Origin: Mytilus trossulus
Lineage: Eukaryota
Direction: 5' to 3'
DNA: 64,000 nucleotides
Assembly: GCF_036588685.1 (NCBI RefSeq)
Contig: NC_086375.1
Coordinates: forward strand, 69,502,001 to 69,566,000
Under the pieces are notes generated by a model. It did no database searches and was not told the DNA's origin. It saw only the letters and a program-made list of their open reading frames with translations. Within the stretch, counting starts at the first letter, position 1, and each line of letters opens with the position of its first letter. Positions 26,251-36,660 of this stretch are shown piece after piece. A program made the translations under genes and the position numbers.

Positions 26251-26337
26251 GTCCTCCCTTTTGTGAATACGTATGATGAGAAAACATTTCAAAGTTATTG
26301 ATTGAATTAAAATCCATCACACATACGGTACACATTG

Positions 26338-29300
26338 TAGTCCGAAAAAATAAAGGACTTCATTTCTTCCATGGACACGGTGTCGTCTGATACGGCAGGT
26401 GTCCCCTCCTCACCAGACATGACAAATAACCCAAACACGACTCATTCAGATCATCGTCCTAGTGACAACAGCAATATTACACATATACAGCCTTGTTCAG
26501 TTCTCCTTAAAGACATTTTGGTTTTTGATGACACAGTACAACACTGTCGCATTTCAAAATGTGAGACCAAAGGCTGCAAAACTTGTGCTATTTTAATTAC
26601 AGATGCTGAATTCACTAGCAATTTGACCAAGAAGTCATATTTTACCAGAAGTTACGATGATCTGAATTGTAAATCGATAAATGTTGTCTACGGATTAGAG
26701 TGCAACCTTTGCGGCTTGGTATACGTCGGTGAAACGAAAGGAAGGCTAAACAAACGTATGTGCGGTCATAGATCAGACATTAACCTCAATGCTAACGACA
26801 TTCTATACCAGCATTTCAATCAGCCCGATCATTCCATCGTTTCTATGACAGTTCGAATTATTGAAAAAATATACCATAGCTCGAACAATCCTAATCTTTC
26901 AACGACTCTCCGTAGACAAAAAGAAGACTACTGGATTAGACAATTGGGAACTGCAACACCGTATGGCTGCAATGACAAAATTGATGGTATAGGTATTCTA
27001 TCTAGTCCTTCGTGTAACTCGTTGAATGTGATGAACATTTTCAATTTGACTCCTCGACTTAGACGTAGTCATGGCCATCGTCATTATACATCACCCTCTC
27101 TGCATGATGTCTCTATTAATGACTTTCTGCCATGCATACAAAAACCGTTAGGTATTCATCACATTCGCACGAAACTTTATTCATTACCCCTTTCAAAACT
27201 TCATTCTCTGTTCAATTTATGTTTGGAATCCACTGTTACAAACCCTCATTCAAACCAATACAAACTACTAGCTATAATTTCGGATATTGCTAGTCACAGA
27301 CTTTTCAAGCCAGTTCGCATTGGAAAAGATGAAAAAGAGAAAAGATCTTTTCTAAATCTTTCCTTTGCCAACAAAGGTCTCGATGGCGTCAACCTAGGCA
27401 ATATCCTTCATCATAAATTAGTTCAATCGAAAATACCTCCTTATTTCAAAGACCAGTCTGTACCAATAATTTCTCATACCTATACCAAACCTATTGCAAC
27501 TAAAATTTTCAATTACAAACGCGTTTTGCAGGATCTCGATATTGACGACTTCAAGTCTAAACCTCCTGATTGCACTTGTGCTAGTTCCCAATTCATATAT
27601 AATCCTGCTGGCCACGTTATTACCGGTGACCTTAACATTGTTAATAACACTTCTCTACGAAACGTGTTATCGAAGGGTCCGAAATATCGTGAGCCTAAAT
27701 CCATCAATTGGAAACACAACTTTAAAATTTTGATGGATTCAGTCGAGGATTATGCCAGGCAATGGGCTAAGCGCGAGAAGGAAGACGTAGACACTCTATC
27801 CGAATGGATTAAGGCAGTGAGGTCGTTAATACAAATCAGAATTAAGAAACTGAATGGGTCCATCAATGCCCATGCTACGTCAATCTTCAAAGATCCAAAT
27901 GTTGCTAAACACCTATCTGACCTCCATGATGAATATGTTGTTGTCCCCGCAGACAAAGCCCCAAATAACATCGTTTTTATCTGTAAAAGTCATTACATTA
28001 ATTGCTTGATAAACGAATTAGGCATAGACAATTCACTTGGAAACCCAACATATACCCTCACGACACTTACTAAAGAGGAAATCCTGGATAATCATAGGTC
28101 TGTTCTTTGTTCCTTTGGTATTTCTACCAAAGATGAAGAACTGGATCTTCCATCACTGTATTGGATACCTAAACTACATAAGTGTCCTTACAAACAACGG
28201 TATATTGCTGGGTCTTCCAAGTGCTCCACGAAACCTCTTTCTAAATTATTAACATCCATTTTATCAGCAATCAAAGACGGGCTTCAAAGTTATTGTGAAA
28301 CTGCCTATTCTAGAGGTGGCGTGAATCAGATGTGGATACTTAAAAATTCCAAAGATCTTTTAGAGTACATACAATCTAACTCTCTTTCATCTTGTAACAG
28401 TATTAAAACATTTGACTTTTCTACTCTTTACACAAGTATTCCACATTCCAAACTAAAAGACAAATTAAAAGAGTTGGTATTACTTTGCTTCATAAAAAAG
28501 AATGGCCAACGTAGATACAAGTATCTTGTCTTGGGGAGGGATAAATCATACTTTGTAAAGAACCATTCTGATTCAAACAAAAAAATCTCTGAAACCGATA
28601 TCATCAAGATGCTTGATTTCTTGATTGACAATATATTTGTTACGTTCGGAGGACGTGTTTTTCAACAGACTGTCGGCATCCCAATGGGAACAAACTGTGC
28701 CCCTCTACTTGCTTACTTGTTTATTTATTATTATGAGGCTGACTTCATGCAGGAACTTCTTAGGAAGAAAGATAAGAAGTTAGCAATATCCTTTAACTCT
28801 ACTTTCCGCTATATAGATGACGTTCTTTCACTAAACAATTCAAAATTTGGTGACTATGTGGATCGCATCTATCCCATCGAATTGGAGATAAAGGATACTA
28901 CAGATACAGTTAAGTCGGCTTCATATCTTGACTTACATCTAGAAATTGACAATGAGGGTCGGTTGAAGACAAAACTTTACGACAAAAGAGATGATTTCAG
29001 CTTTCCAATTGTGAACTTTCCATTTCTAAGTAGCAACATTCCAGCAGCACCTGCATACGGGGTATATATCTCCCAATTGATACGATATTCCCGTGCTTGC
29101 ATTTCCTATCATGATTTTCTTGATAGAGGGTTACTGCTCACAAGGAAGCTATTAAACCAAGAGTTCCAAATGGTGAAGTTGAAATCATCCCTTCGTAAAT
29201 TTTACGGACGCCATCACGAGTTGGTTGACCGTTATGGAATAACCGTTTCACAAATGATATCGGATATGTTCCTTACGTCGTAACTACAATCCCCTTCCCT

Positions 29301-29583
29301 TTCATGAATTTGACCTACCGAATTAGACTTTTTACCGGATTTGTAATCACATAAGCAACACGACGGGTGCCGCATGTGGAGCAGGATCTGCTTACCCTTC
29401 CGGAGCACCTGAGATCACCCCTAGTTTTTGGTGGGGTTCGTGTTGTTTATTCTTTAGTTTTCTATGTTGTGTCATGTGTACTATTGTTTTTCTGTTTGTC
29501 TTTTTCATTTTTAGCCATGGCGTTGTCAGTTTGTTTTAGATTTACGAGTTTGACTGTCCCTTTGGTATCTTTCGTCCCTCTTC
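26338..29583 (+). mobile_element. Apparently full-length Naiad Penelope-like element including ~300-bp 3' UTR
   Basis: Uninterrupted ORF plus a 3' UTR. Related UTR pieces recur at ~4920-5085, 38335-38460, 40170-40325(-), 43810-44095 and 48450-48520(-). Ends are approximate. Confidence 0.8.
26371..29283 (+). CDS. Penelope-like retroelement ORF, Naiad type: N-terminal Zn-finger/GIY-YIG endonuclease followed by reverse transcriptase (970 aa)
   Basis: CKTC...LNC..NVVYGLECNLC..YVGET...RMCGHR...HF..PDH (GIY-YIG), then CTC...GHVITGD, VVPADK, YWIPKLHK, TFDFSTLYT, GIPMGTNCAP, FRYIDD, YLDL, YDKRDDF. The EN-before-RT order is the Naiad/Chlamys arrangement. Confidence 0.93.
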   Translation: MDTVSSDTAGVPSSPDMTNNPNTTHSDHRPSDNSNITHIQPCSVLLKDILVFDDTVQHCRISKCETKGCKTCAILITDAEFTSNLTKKSYFTRSYDDLNCKSINVVYGLECNLCGLVYVGETKGRLNKRMCGHRSDINLNANDILYQHFNQPDHSIVSMTVRIIEKIYHSSNNPNLSTTLRRQKEDYWIRQLGTATPYGCNDKIDGIGILSSPSCNSLNVMNIFNLTPRLRRSHGHRHYTSPSLHDVSINDFLPCIQKPLGIHHIRTKLYSLPLSKLHSLFNLCLESTVTNPHSNQYKLLAIISDIASHRLFKPVRIGKDEKEKRSFLNLSFANKGLDGVNLGNILHHKLVQSKIPPYFKDQSVPIISHTYTKPIATKIFNYKRVLQDLDIDDFKSKPPDCTCASSQFIYNPAGHVITGDLNIVNNTSLRNVLSKGPKYREPKSINWKHNFKILMDSVEDYARQWAKREKEDVDTLSEWIKAVRSLIQIRIKKLNGSINAHATSIFKDPNVAKHLSDLHDEYVVVPADKAPNNIVFICKSHYINCLINELGIDNSLGNPTYTLTTLTKEEILDNHRSVLCSFGISTKDEELDLPSLYWIPKLHKCPYKQRYIAGSSKCSTKPLSKLLTSILSAIKDGLQSYCETAYSRGGVNQMWILKNSKDLLEYIQSNSLSSCNSIKTFDFSTLYTSIPHSKLKDKLKELVLLCFIKKNGQRRYKYLVLGRDKSYFVKNHSDSNKKISETDIIKMLDFLIDNIFVTFGGRVFQQTVGIPMGTNCAPLLAYLFIYYYEADFMQELLRKKDKKLAISFNSTFRYIDDVLSLNNSKFGDYVDRIYPIELEIKDTTDTVKSASYLDLHLEIDNEGRLKTKLYDKRDDFSFPIVNFPFLSSNIPAAPAYGVYISQLIRYSRACISYHDFLDRGLLLTRKLLNQEFQMVKLKSSLRKFYGRHHELVDRYGITVSQMISDMFLTS

Positions 29584-30012
29584 TATCAAACACCTTTTTA
29601 ATTTTTTTCCCAGTATATTTCTTTTAGTTTTGGATAAAATTGTAAAGGCAATAATACTATCAAGACGTCCTTCCATAAATCTTTTTTTTCTGTTCTGACT
29701 TTGAAGAAATGACTACTTTCCGCCCAATCGGAATGGTGCATGGACATATTTTGTTTCATATTATTGGAATTATTTTCAATATTATCGGTATTAAACTTGA
29801 TTATCGACACATTAAAATTTGTCAGCATTGGCAATCTTTTTACGTTAAAGTACCAATAGTTCGGTCACTACTCAATAAAGTTTGTCGATAACGTAGCTAA
29901 TTTTGACGGTAAAGAAACCTCAATTCTCTAATTTTAGTACTATTTTCACATTTCCTGACCGGTGTGAGAAAAATATTTCTCCTCACTAGTGAAAAAACTA
30001 TTCTCGGCAAAT

Positions 30013-30444
30013 AAACTCATCATAGATACCAGGACTAAAATTTGTGTATACGCCAGACGCGCGTTCCGTCTACAAAAGACTCATCAGTAACGCTCGAATC
30101 CAAAAAAGTTAAAAAGGTAAAAAAAGTACGAAGTTGAAGAGCTTTGAGGACCAAAATTCCTAAAAGTGTTGCCAAATACAGGTAAGGTAATCTATGCATG
30201 AGCCTTAGTATTTCAAAAAATTATAAATTTTGTAAACAGTAAATTTATAACTATAACCATATCATGACAATTAATGTCAGCACAAAAGTGCTGATTACTG
30301 GGTTTGTGATACCCTCGGGGAAATAAATCTCCACCAGCAGTGGAATCGACCCAGTGGTAGTAAATAAACACATCATAGATACCAGGACTAAAATTTGTTT
30401 ATACGCCAGACGCGCGTTTCGTCTACAAAAGACTCATCAGTGAC
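30013..30444 (-). mobile_element. Non-LTR retrozyme: ~353-bp monomer bounded by two type I hammerhead motifs
   Basis: Direct repeat CATCATAGATACCAGGACTAAAATTTG... at 30018 and 30371. The minus-strand core CTGATGA...GAAA is intact at ~30402-30444 and mutated (GGAA) at ~30049-30095. Confidence 0.85.
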
Positions 30445-30630
30445 AATGATTAGTCGAAATTTGATCATGACGTCTAAATGTTTTGTTTTCTTCTGAATAT
30501 TCCTATTGTGACGTCATGAAAAAAGACGACAATGCCTGATGACGTCGCATATAAAGAGCACAAGTTTCTGAAAATCTTTGAAAAAGAACGATAAAAAGCA
30601 TTAGAGAAACAGATTTCGACACTAAAACTC

Positions 30631-30750
30631 GTGGTTTACGATATTTCTCCACTCTCGACAGTTAAATTTTATCATTTAAAGAGCTCGGCAAGCCTCGCGC
30701 TTTTAATGATAAAATTTTACTGCCTCGAGTGGAGAAATATCGTAATACAC
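30631..30750. repeat. ~120-bp hairpin with GGCAAGCC apex
   Basis: TTACGATATTTCTCCACTC...AAATTTTATCATT pairs with AATGATAAAATTT...GAGTGGAGAAATATCGTAA. Confidence 0.8.
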
Positions 30751-30799
30751 TTGTTGCAGTGTATGAATCTATATTTCGATCACTGCTCTGTTACGGTTG

Positions 30800-32560
30800 T
30801 ATATAAACACCGTAAGATGATGACAAGCGAACGTCACCATCTAAAAATGGATCATTAACGATAGGAAATGAAAAATCATCTCTTTTATCATTAATTTTAG
30901 TATTTAGCTTTCCGTTAGTGATATAGATATCAAGATCGAGGAAAGGGCAGTGGTCATTGTTAGTATTAGCTTTATTTAAAGTTAGTTCAACAGGATAATT
31001 TTCTTTAGTAAACATACTGAAGTCGTCATTATTGAGAGCCAAACTGTCATCCAAATATCTAAAAGTATTATTAAATTTGTTTATAAGATGTTGTTTTGAT
31101 TGGTCTTTGCTGATTTTTGTCATAAATTGTAACTCATAGCAATACAAAAACAGGTCCGCAATAAGTGGTGCACAGTTAGTCCCCATTGGAATTCCGATAA
31201 CCTGACGATGTACGGAATCTCCAAAGCGAACAGAAATTTTATCGGGTAAAAATTCAAGGGCATATATAGTATCAAAGCATGTCCAATTGACATAGTTTTT
31301 TTTGTTTATTGCTACTAAAAAATGACCTAAATGAGTTCGAACATATATATATATATATTCACATTCTGACTTTTTAAATGCCCATTTAATTAGGTTGGTG
31401 ATTTTTTTCTTAATGAAAATGTGTGGCAATGTGGTATACAGGGTAGAAAAATCAAAACTTTGATCAGATTCAAAATCACCAATATAAGCATGCAATTTAT
31501 CAAGTACTTCCAACGAGTTCTTGACACTCCAAGAGTAATTAATTCCACTATTTTCGAAAGCCTTATTTGAACAATTTATTATCAGGTTTTTTTATTTTAC
31601 CAAGTGTACTGGTAAGAAGAATAAACAATTCAGTTGTGGAACGATGGCTACTGACGAAATAAATCTATATTTGGAAGGTGTGGGGTTCGGAAGCCAATAC
31701 ATAGTTGGGACTTTCATTGTATTTGGTTCTGCTTGAAGAGCGGAAGCTAAAAGTTTATGTTTGTTACAGATGTCGTTTTCTGAAAAAGGAGTCAGTTAGA
31801 ATGTTGGTGAATTGGTAATTTCTTTTTTCAGAACTTCAATGTAATATTTACGCCTAACAATAATAATATTATTAGCAGCTTTATCGGCCGGGACAAAAAC
31901 AAATTCATTGGCTAGTTCTATTAGTTTATGTTTGATACGAGAAATAGGTTTATTGTGGTTATTGTTAATAATAGAATGTTCTTTAAAATGTTGAATACGT
32001 ATATCAACTATGTTCATTACTGAATTGAAAAAAGAGTCCAAAGATTTTTTGTCAACTTTTTCCCGTTTTATCCATTTCAAACAGTAAGTACGGAGTGAGT
32101 CGTGGATGATATTACGACACTCATTCCAATTAATTACTGAAGGGTGCGATATTTAGGTCCTTTACTGAGGAATGATTTTAACTCTCGGTTTTGAACGATG
32201 TTAAGATCTCCTGTTATAACATGGAAATGGGTCCATAAATGTATGCGGAATTAATACATTACATGAAGTAGGTGTATTTTCACTGATATTAACATCTTTA
32301 CACAATTTGTTATAATTGAACACAAATTTTCGAGTAGATTTCATGTAAATATAGCAAATAAGAGGGAGCTCAGTATTGTCAAAATATCCAGGAATTTGTT
32401 CTTTAACAGAATGGTCGTTAAATATACCGGCAATATTTACAAAATCAAATCCTTTATTGACATACTTTATTTTAATAAAATGTTTTTATGATCTTCAGGG
32501 CGATCAATTTTTGGAAATAGTTTAGAATAACAATATGCCACAATACTTTAAACTATTTCA
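30800..32560 (-). pseudogene. Degenerate Naiad-type Penelope-like RT (5' part; second family)
   Basis: ORF pieces with FVPADKAANN, SFDFSTLYT, GIPMGTNCAPLIADLFL, FRYLDD, FLDL, DKRDDFSF; frameshifts and stops between them. Confidence 0.88.
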
Positions 32561-32626
32561 TAATACCCATTTCGAGACAAAAGCATAAGTTATTTGTTCT
32601 ATTTGAAATAAAATGTGCACATTACA

Positions 32627-32815
32627 GATATAGGAAGATGTGGTGTGAGTGTCAATGTGACAACTCTCCATCCAAATAACAATTTATAAAAGTAAACCCT
32701 TATAGGTCAATGTAGGGCCTTCAACACGGAGCCTTGGCTCACACCGAACAACAAGCTATAAAGGAACTCAAAATTACTAGTGTAAAATCATTCAAAACGG
32801 AAAACCAACGGTCTA
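32627..32815 (-). repeat. Dispersed short repeat (SINE-like/PLE-3'-like family)
   Basis: The motif ...TCATTGGCA(C/A)TCATACCACATCTT... recurs at ~955-990, 3880-3925, 36220-36345, 38055-38150 and 46500-46535. Confidence 0.55.
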
Positions 32816-35800
32816 AACATGCACGTCTTGGGTACTATCAGATGTTATAGAACAATATGTTCCACATTTCAACAAATTCATTGAAGAAATTTCATACTGA
32901 GACATAAAGAGGGTACACATGTTATGTCTAATCAGAACTTTTAGAACAATTGATATGCTCCACACTCATTGAAATTTAAAAAGTAATTCTATAAGTTTTT
33001 CTAAGAATAAGAAATGCTGTTAGCTTACCCATGCTTCAAACATGTGCAGATAAGGATACTAGTGTGTCCTCTCTAAACAGTCTTCACATACCATTTCACA
33101 TGGTGTGCAATCAATGCATTTGAAGAGCTGGGACTTTTTTCACATTCATGGCAGGTATCAGTTGATGGAGCCTCTGAACTGATAAAGGCCTCATACATTT
33201 CATCTTCAATGTCACTCCAATCGTGTAACCGCTGATCCTTTAATGAAATATAGGTACGCTTTCCTGTAGGAATAATCAAATACATTAAGATCAGTTTAAG
33301 AGGTGTTATTATTGGATACTTTACACAATCAAGTAAATTAGGATTAAAATTAGGTTTATCAGTTCATCAAACTATAAAAATACCTGTACAAATGTAGGAA
33401 AGAAACACTTTTGTGCATATCAAGCCCATTCAATTATAATAAACTGTGTAGGAAAGTACTTTTTTCATGGTTAAATGCTAAACGTACAAATTAACATGTT
33501 CCTGAGTTGGAAATTCAATAATGTCACTCCTTTATTGTATGAATGTTATTCATGTTTGTCTTTAATTTGCTGTCATAACCATTGATTGTTAATGCGTTAG
33601 TGCTAATAAAGATGATAACTTTTCTTAATTGATGATGGATTTTTAGTTTTCTGAAGACATAAAGAACATTTTAAAGTCAACTTGTTGTTGGAATATTTTT
33701 GTTGTTTATTTATGTAGTTCACAAGTGTTTCTTTTTTGATGATATAGATTAGACTGTTAGTTCTCCTGTTTTAGACTATTCATTAGTTTTTGGGCCCTTC
33801 AATAAGTTTATAACTTGCTGTTCCATGCCAGAACTCTGTAATTGTAAACAATGTCGATACTTTGACCTATAATTATTTCCTTTTCTATATTGTGACTTGG
33901 ATATATAGTTGTCTCGTTTGCTGCTGCATCTATCAGATAATAGCAACATTAAACGATTTGAACTACTGGTTATACTGCAATACATTTGGAGGGCATACTG
34001 CCCCCCCCCCCCAAAAAAAAAAAACCAACCCACATTGTTAAATGGAAAATTTGCATGAATCAAGACAAATGTAGGTGTGATAAAAATAAATCACAGAAAC
34101 AACTTTGAAAATAGGTCTAAAGGATTACGATAAAAGGAACAGAAAAGGTCCAGGGCGAATTTAGCCATTTAAAAAAGGGGGGAGCATGCATTCATATTAA
34201 ATTCATACATTTGAAGGGTGTTCCAAACCTATGTCTCAATACAAATGTATGTTCCTAAACCGCTATAACTATGCAAATCATTGATTCAACCGAATACCCT
34301 TGAATCTGCCTTATATATAAATGATAATGAAACAGTTAAGGTTGATACCCTTTTTACTTACCGGATTCAGCATCAGGTTTGATTTCATTCTCAGTTTCTT
34401 CCATTGTCGAAGGGCATGGCAGGGTTAGAGAAAAATCAGATGTCGAAGTACCGTTCCAAAGATACATGTAGTCTAGAACATCATCCAAAACATTTAACTC
34501 TTCGTCCGTAAATTTTAAAGACGCCTGTTTAGCGCTATAAAATTAAAATGCATAAAAGAAATGCTCGTACAATTACGCACCAAAGTTTTACTCGTTTTAA
34601 TTTAAAACTTTGAAAGCTCTGCACTTAATTTAAAAGTTTCGAGTAAAAATAACACATACAATCTGTTCCGGGTTGAGGGCAACACTTATAAATTTCACGG
34701 AATAACAAAAAGAATCATCCGAAAAATCAGTAACAAACAGATAAATCAAATCGTAGTTCAAAAGGTCTCTCTCTATATATGTAGTTGAACAATGCATGCA
34801 CCGACTATCGAATAAGTTGAGCGCTTTTTCTTTGTGTTTTTTCTGGTGCCGCCTTTTTTGTTGTTTTGGCTTTTCGAAACGACGTCAGGTTGACGCCGTA
34901 AGAAATTTTATGCGTGTGACATCTTTTTCACCATTTTTTAAACATTCAATTTTTGGAAAGTACGAATGCTGTGGAGAACAATATAGATTTTTTGAAAAGA
35001 CTAGACAAATAACATGTCTATATTAGATTTTCATTGTCGACAATCAAGTGCAAAACTAAACATAGTTTACTTTAATTACGACTGTACGCAACGTTTTTGC
35101 AAAAAATGAACGTGTGACATTGTATTCACCAAATCTAAATATTAAGAATCTTTTTTGTTTTTGTGTTTGACAGATTTTGCTTTTGAAATTAATTAATAAT
35201 AGAAAAACAACATTATACTAGCCAAATCATTTTCTCACATAATAACATCAGTTATCCGTATTTTTTATTTGTTTTCGTTTAAGTATTTTCGAAAATGGAA
35301 ATGGGACACACTGATATTTTGAAGATTTGCCTGGTGTAACAGAATAAGACGACATTAGCCATCAAACAAATACATCATAATGTGTTGTCATTTCATGACA
35401 ATACGCGGCAAACAAAAAATAACAATAAAAATCGGTCAAAAAAAGTCGAAAAGAGGGTATATACTTCAGTTTTCATCAGCAAATGTTACCCGGGACAGCC
35501 CATTATTTCTCCAAAATCCAGAATCAAATGATTATCAACTCGAACTAATGCGTTTTAAATTATTTTAATGTAGATAAATGAAAAAGGACATTTATATCCA
35601 TCACATTGATATCTTTGTTTTCATTAAAATACGATTTTTCCTGCACCTGCAGCGCAGTTTTAAAAACGAAACATACAAAAAACGTAAACGATACGAACAT
35701 CGCGCGTAACGTCTTACCAAACGGCAATGCATAATGCTGAAGGTCAGAAACTTCCCCATCATCAGCTTTCACACCACGAAATTGACGAGAAAAGACAACC

Positions 35801-36613
35801 TTTCTTGAACGTTTCCCAGCCGAATGTAATCAAGCATAGTGTACGAATCAAAACCATAGCGAAATAGAAGTTAAAAGTTGATTAAAATAGAAGTATGGCG
35901 GCTGTAACGTTGAAACACGTGTAATAGTAAGTTTTGATACGGCTACGTTAGAGTTTTGCATCTCCGAAACTGGTCTCTGTCTTTTGTTAGCGCTACCAGT
36001 GGTAACATCTGTACTGTACAGTATGAAAGTCTGACTTTGTTAGTGCTACTAGCCGGCTAACATCCCTAATAGAATCCTTATATTAGCAGCTTATATAATA
36101 GGATCGGGTGGTATTTCGACGTTATTTTAAAGTAACGTCAGGTATCACCAGTATCGTGCGTTACGTCATTGCTTTGTACACTTAAATCGAGCTGTTAGTT
36201 TTCTCGTTTTATATTTGTCATAGCAGGCTTTCTACAGCTGACTATGCGCTATGGCTTTTGCTCATTAACGAAGGCCGAACGATGACCTATTGTTTTTAAA
36301 AATTAAGTCTCGTCTTATTTGCAATCATACATATTCTTTCTTATATATTTACATGTAAGTTCGTCTTCCTTTAAAATATAAACACGATATCAACCCAACA
36401 TATAGGTGAATAAAATAGTGATTTTTCCGATATGCCCACGTCTATTTAAAACATACTACAATATGCAATAAGTAAACAAAACGGGCTTTACCAACATATA
36501 AATCTTAGTTATCTTGACATGTCTCTATATATTAGAAGTGGAAAGTTTCTATAATGAACAATCTTAAATTTATATTTAGTGTCTTTGTCAGAATATAGAT
36601 AACTTTTAATGCA

Positions 36614-36621
36614 TATATAAA
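36614..36621 (+). promoter_or_regulatory. Candidate TATA box of the ninjurin gene
   Basis: TATATAAA ~40 bp upstream of the ATG at 36661. The AT-rich background weakens this call. Confidence 0.35.
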
Positions 36622-36660
36622 ACAAGAATTATAACAGACGATATCAAGAAATATAAAAAT

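Larger units (their letters stand above)
23273..30799. mobile_element. 7.5-kb TA-TSD DNA transposon (Tc1/mariner-type termini; no transposase seen), carrying nested insertions
   Basis: Left end CAACCCGTAACAGTGTAGTGATCGAA matches the reverse complement of the right end (CAACCGTAACAGAGCAGTGATCGAA). TA is duplicated at 23271-72 and 30800-01. Removing it restores the GVYISQL codons of the split Penelope RT. Confidence 0.85.
19229..35830 (-). pseudogene. Multi-exon KDZ (Kyakuja-Dileera-Zisupton) transposase relic with a CxC3-like cysteine cluster; catalytic C-terminal part absent
   Basis: Spliceable exons: 34362-~34534 (FTDEELNVLDDVLDYMYLW...), 33029-33263 (W...CHEC..[frameshift]..CIDC..CEDC...H*YPYLHMFEAW), 21871-21979 (NEAF...IVIIDVKG), 20543-20584 + ~20181-20255 (RQHKRSIQFCKCEPEAVTLVKY..PST..PKLAFD) and 19229-19348 (DVYKSL...FSEFR...DNGTECPAC). 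Phases match across the 34362/33263, 33029/21979 and 21871/20584 junctions. Exons near 34.8 and 35.7 kb are tentative. Confidence 0.72.

Noticed and set aside
26371-29583. Selenoprotein-type Naiad
   Set aside because: No in-frame TGA in the ORF and no SECIS could be supported by eye.
29367-29627. 86-aa ORF after the Naiad RT (and similar at 43519-44063)
   Set aside because: 3' UTR of the retroelement; the frame is not conserved among the UTR copies in the window.
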